NCBI GenBank assembly: GCA_010909165.1
Contig: VJWM01000025.1
Span: forward strand, 1,116,001-1,180,000
Length of the DNA stretch: 64,000 bases
DNA from: Anthoceros angustus
Lineage: Eukaryota; Plantae; Anthocerotophyta
Direction of reading: 5' to 3'
How positions within the stretch are numbered: the first letter of the stretch is position 1; the number at the start of each line of letters is the position of its first letter. The notes beneath the pieces were generated by a model. That model was not told where the DNA came from, did no database searches, and saw nothing but the letters and a program-made list of their open reading frames with translations. Position numbers and translations under genes: made by a program. Of this stretch, positions 62,217-64,000 are shown in pieces.

Positions 62217-64000
62217 TGTAGTAAGGAGTCCGTTCCCAAGAGAATGATAGCTCCGTTTGCCGCGTTTGAGGTCTCTCACCTTACTTTGTGTCCGCTCATC
62301 TTTAACATACGCAATCGTCGTTTGCGCCTAACTACTCGCGTTCATAGAAACGAGGCCGGTGTGGCAAGCGTTTGAGACCCGTTTGCGTCCGTATCGTTCA
62401 CGCCGCGTCACTCGTTTCTTTAGTCCGTTCCCTCATCACTCTCTCCTCGCTCATCAACCACGGAAAAGAGCATGAAGTGGCTACGGTCCGGACCTCCTCA
62501 GTTGCTCGTAGGGCCTCTCGGCTCTGCCGCCCTCCGAGTTCCTCCAGGCTCTGCGTTCCGGTCCGCTCGGCGTTGGGCGGCTCTCGACGAACAAGGTCCC
62601 GGTCGCTCTTCCACACACACCACCACGTTGGGTCCGTCACGGGACCTTGATCGATCTCTCCGGGTATCGTGCACCTTTCGATGACTCGGGACTCACGTTA
62701 GCATGAAGACACACAAAGGCGCAAGCAGCATCAACACCAAGAGAAGATGATTTATTCAGAGTAGCCTCAGCCCTCTTATACTACACCCAAGTCGGCGTCT
62801 TTATTACACCCCTATTCAGAGCTGGTGGCCAGCCCAGTAGGCCCTAATCGGCCGCCTACCATCCTATTCCTCCCTCCTATCTCCTTGGCGGTGGGCACAG
62901 GAAGGTCCACAGGTTCCTCGGTATTGGTGGTCCAATCTCCCGTCACAGCGGCTCGGGCGCACCCAATCGGATGATCCGGCGGACCCCTTCCTCTTCCGAA
63001 TCACATCGAGGTTGGGCTCGGCGGTGCGGCGGCCGCCGTTACCATAACGTCTTCCCCTCGGCCCCGAGTGGGTCCCCTCCCGATAGAGACCACCATTGTC
63101 ACTCCCCAGCGTAAGTGTGGAATGGGTTTTGCATCGAAGACGCAAAGAGGCCACATTTACCCTCTATGTCGTTATAGTCCTAGGATTCGATCCCAAGGGA
63201 ATGGTGTTGTGTCAAGGTGTGCTAAATCTATGGATTCTAGACCTACGTCGCTCGCTACCCCACCTTCTCCACTACCCCCAAACCCACCGTGGTAGACTCG
63301 GCCACCGCGGTGGCAGTTCGACGTGGCGGGCCCCACCACGCCTTCGCGAGTCTATTCGTCACGACTTCTCTAACACGGACCTAGGCTATCGGACACCTAT
63401 ATCGCCTCACCTGGAATTTGCGATCCTACCACACGCTTCCACTCCCCTCGCGTTTAGATTTTCCCTCACGCTCTCACAATCCCTCGGTAGCTCACAACTA
63501 CCTCAGGAACCTTTCCCAATGAACTCTCCCTCGTCTCACGGGCCACACAGACCCCTTCCTTGGCCACAGACCCCTCTCTCATGGAATGAACACACACAGT
63601 GGCGGTTGGAAAGAGGATCGGGAAAACCCGGTCGGTGCTTGGGCGATTCGCCTTCCGGATTCCGCTCGGCCGTCGCGGCATCCTACCTCTTTTCGGTGGC
63701 CACCTTCCGTTACCCAGGCGTGGAGCTTGGCCACTCCGCTCTCGACCATCCGAGATCTTCCGGCCTTCTTGTGACGAAGGCAGTGCGCGCGTTTGATCTT
63801 GACGACGTCTCCAATCAACCCCACTCGGCGGTTCGATACGGAAGTTCACACGAAATCGTCGCCTTGAGAGACACCCAAAGGGTCTCTTATACATCTGTGG
63901 TCCAACACGACTCACTTCTCTTTAGTGTCTAAAATTGTAGCTCCTACCACGGCCCTTACCAATCTAAGCAACTGCTCTACGGTGATGGAACTCCCTATCC
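62217..64000 (-). mobile_element. Probable LTR-like or other repeat element running off the window
   Basis: Begins TGTAGTAAGG like the 13260 unit; minus-strand TATAAG and AATAAA signals at ~62750-62805; no coding motif. Confidence 0.35.

Noticed and set aside
63096-63932. 278-aa ORF
   Set aside because: No recognisable motif, overlapping ORFs on both strands, lies in probable repeat DNA.

Overview
Eukaryotic, green-lineage-looking (streptophyte alga or early land plant) TE-rich region. Nearly every reading frame is broken by 1-2 nt indels, and there are many local tandem duplications, which suggests an unpolished long-read assembly. All protein calls are from manual motif reading across frameshifts, not database searches. 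Host-like content is limited to a possible gene 5' end at the left edge and an intact tRNA-Ser(UGA) at 1722-1802. The standout is a ~9 kb unit at ~2.98-11.9 kb. It carries a Sola1/DUF7869-type DDD transposase (- strand) transcribed divergently from a spliced + strand gene with a ParB-like motif and the motif order of a beta-class (N4-cytosine/N6-adenine) DNA methyltransferase, i.e. a candidate DNA transposon with its own amino-methyltransferase. The remaining ~44 kb is a four-level nest. An outer Sola2-like transposase is split by a Copia element (18067-61533; ~220 bp LTRs, TSD AGTGG, tRNA-iMet PBS). The Copia RT is split by a large Sola2-like DNA transposon (21142 to ~55134/57506; imperfect TIRs, TSD TAAC). 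That element contains a CCCTA-ended CACTA-type element (23426-33474, TSD TCT) and a Ty3/Gypsy element with a PHD finger after the integrase (~35039-46375, no TSD found). Also present: a LINE-like 3' end with stem-loop and (GAAT)n tail, multiplied LTR-like units, and several unassigned cargo ORFs.
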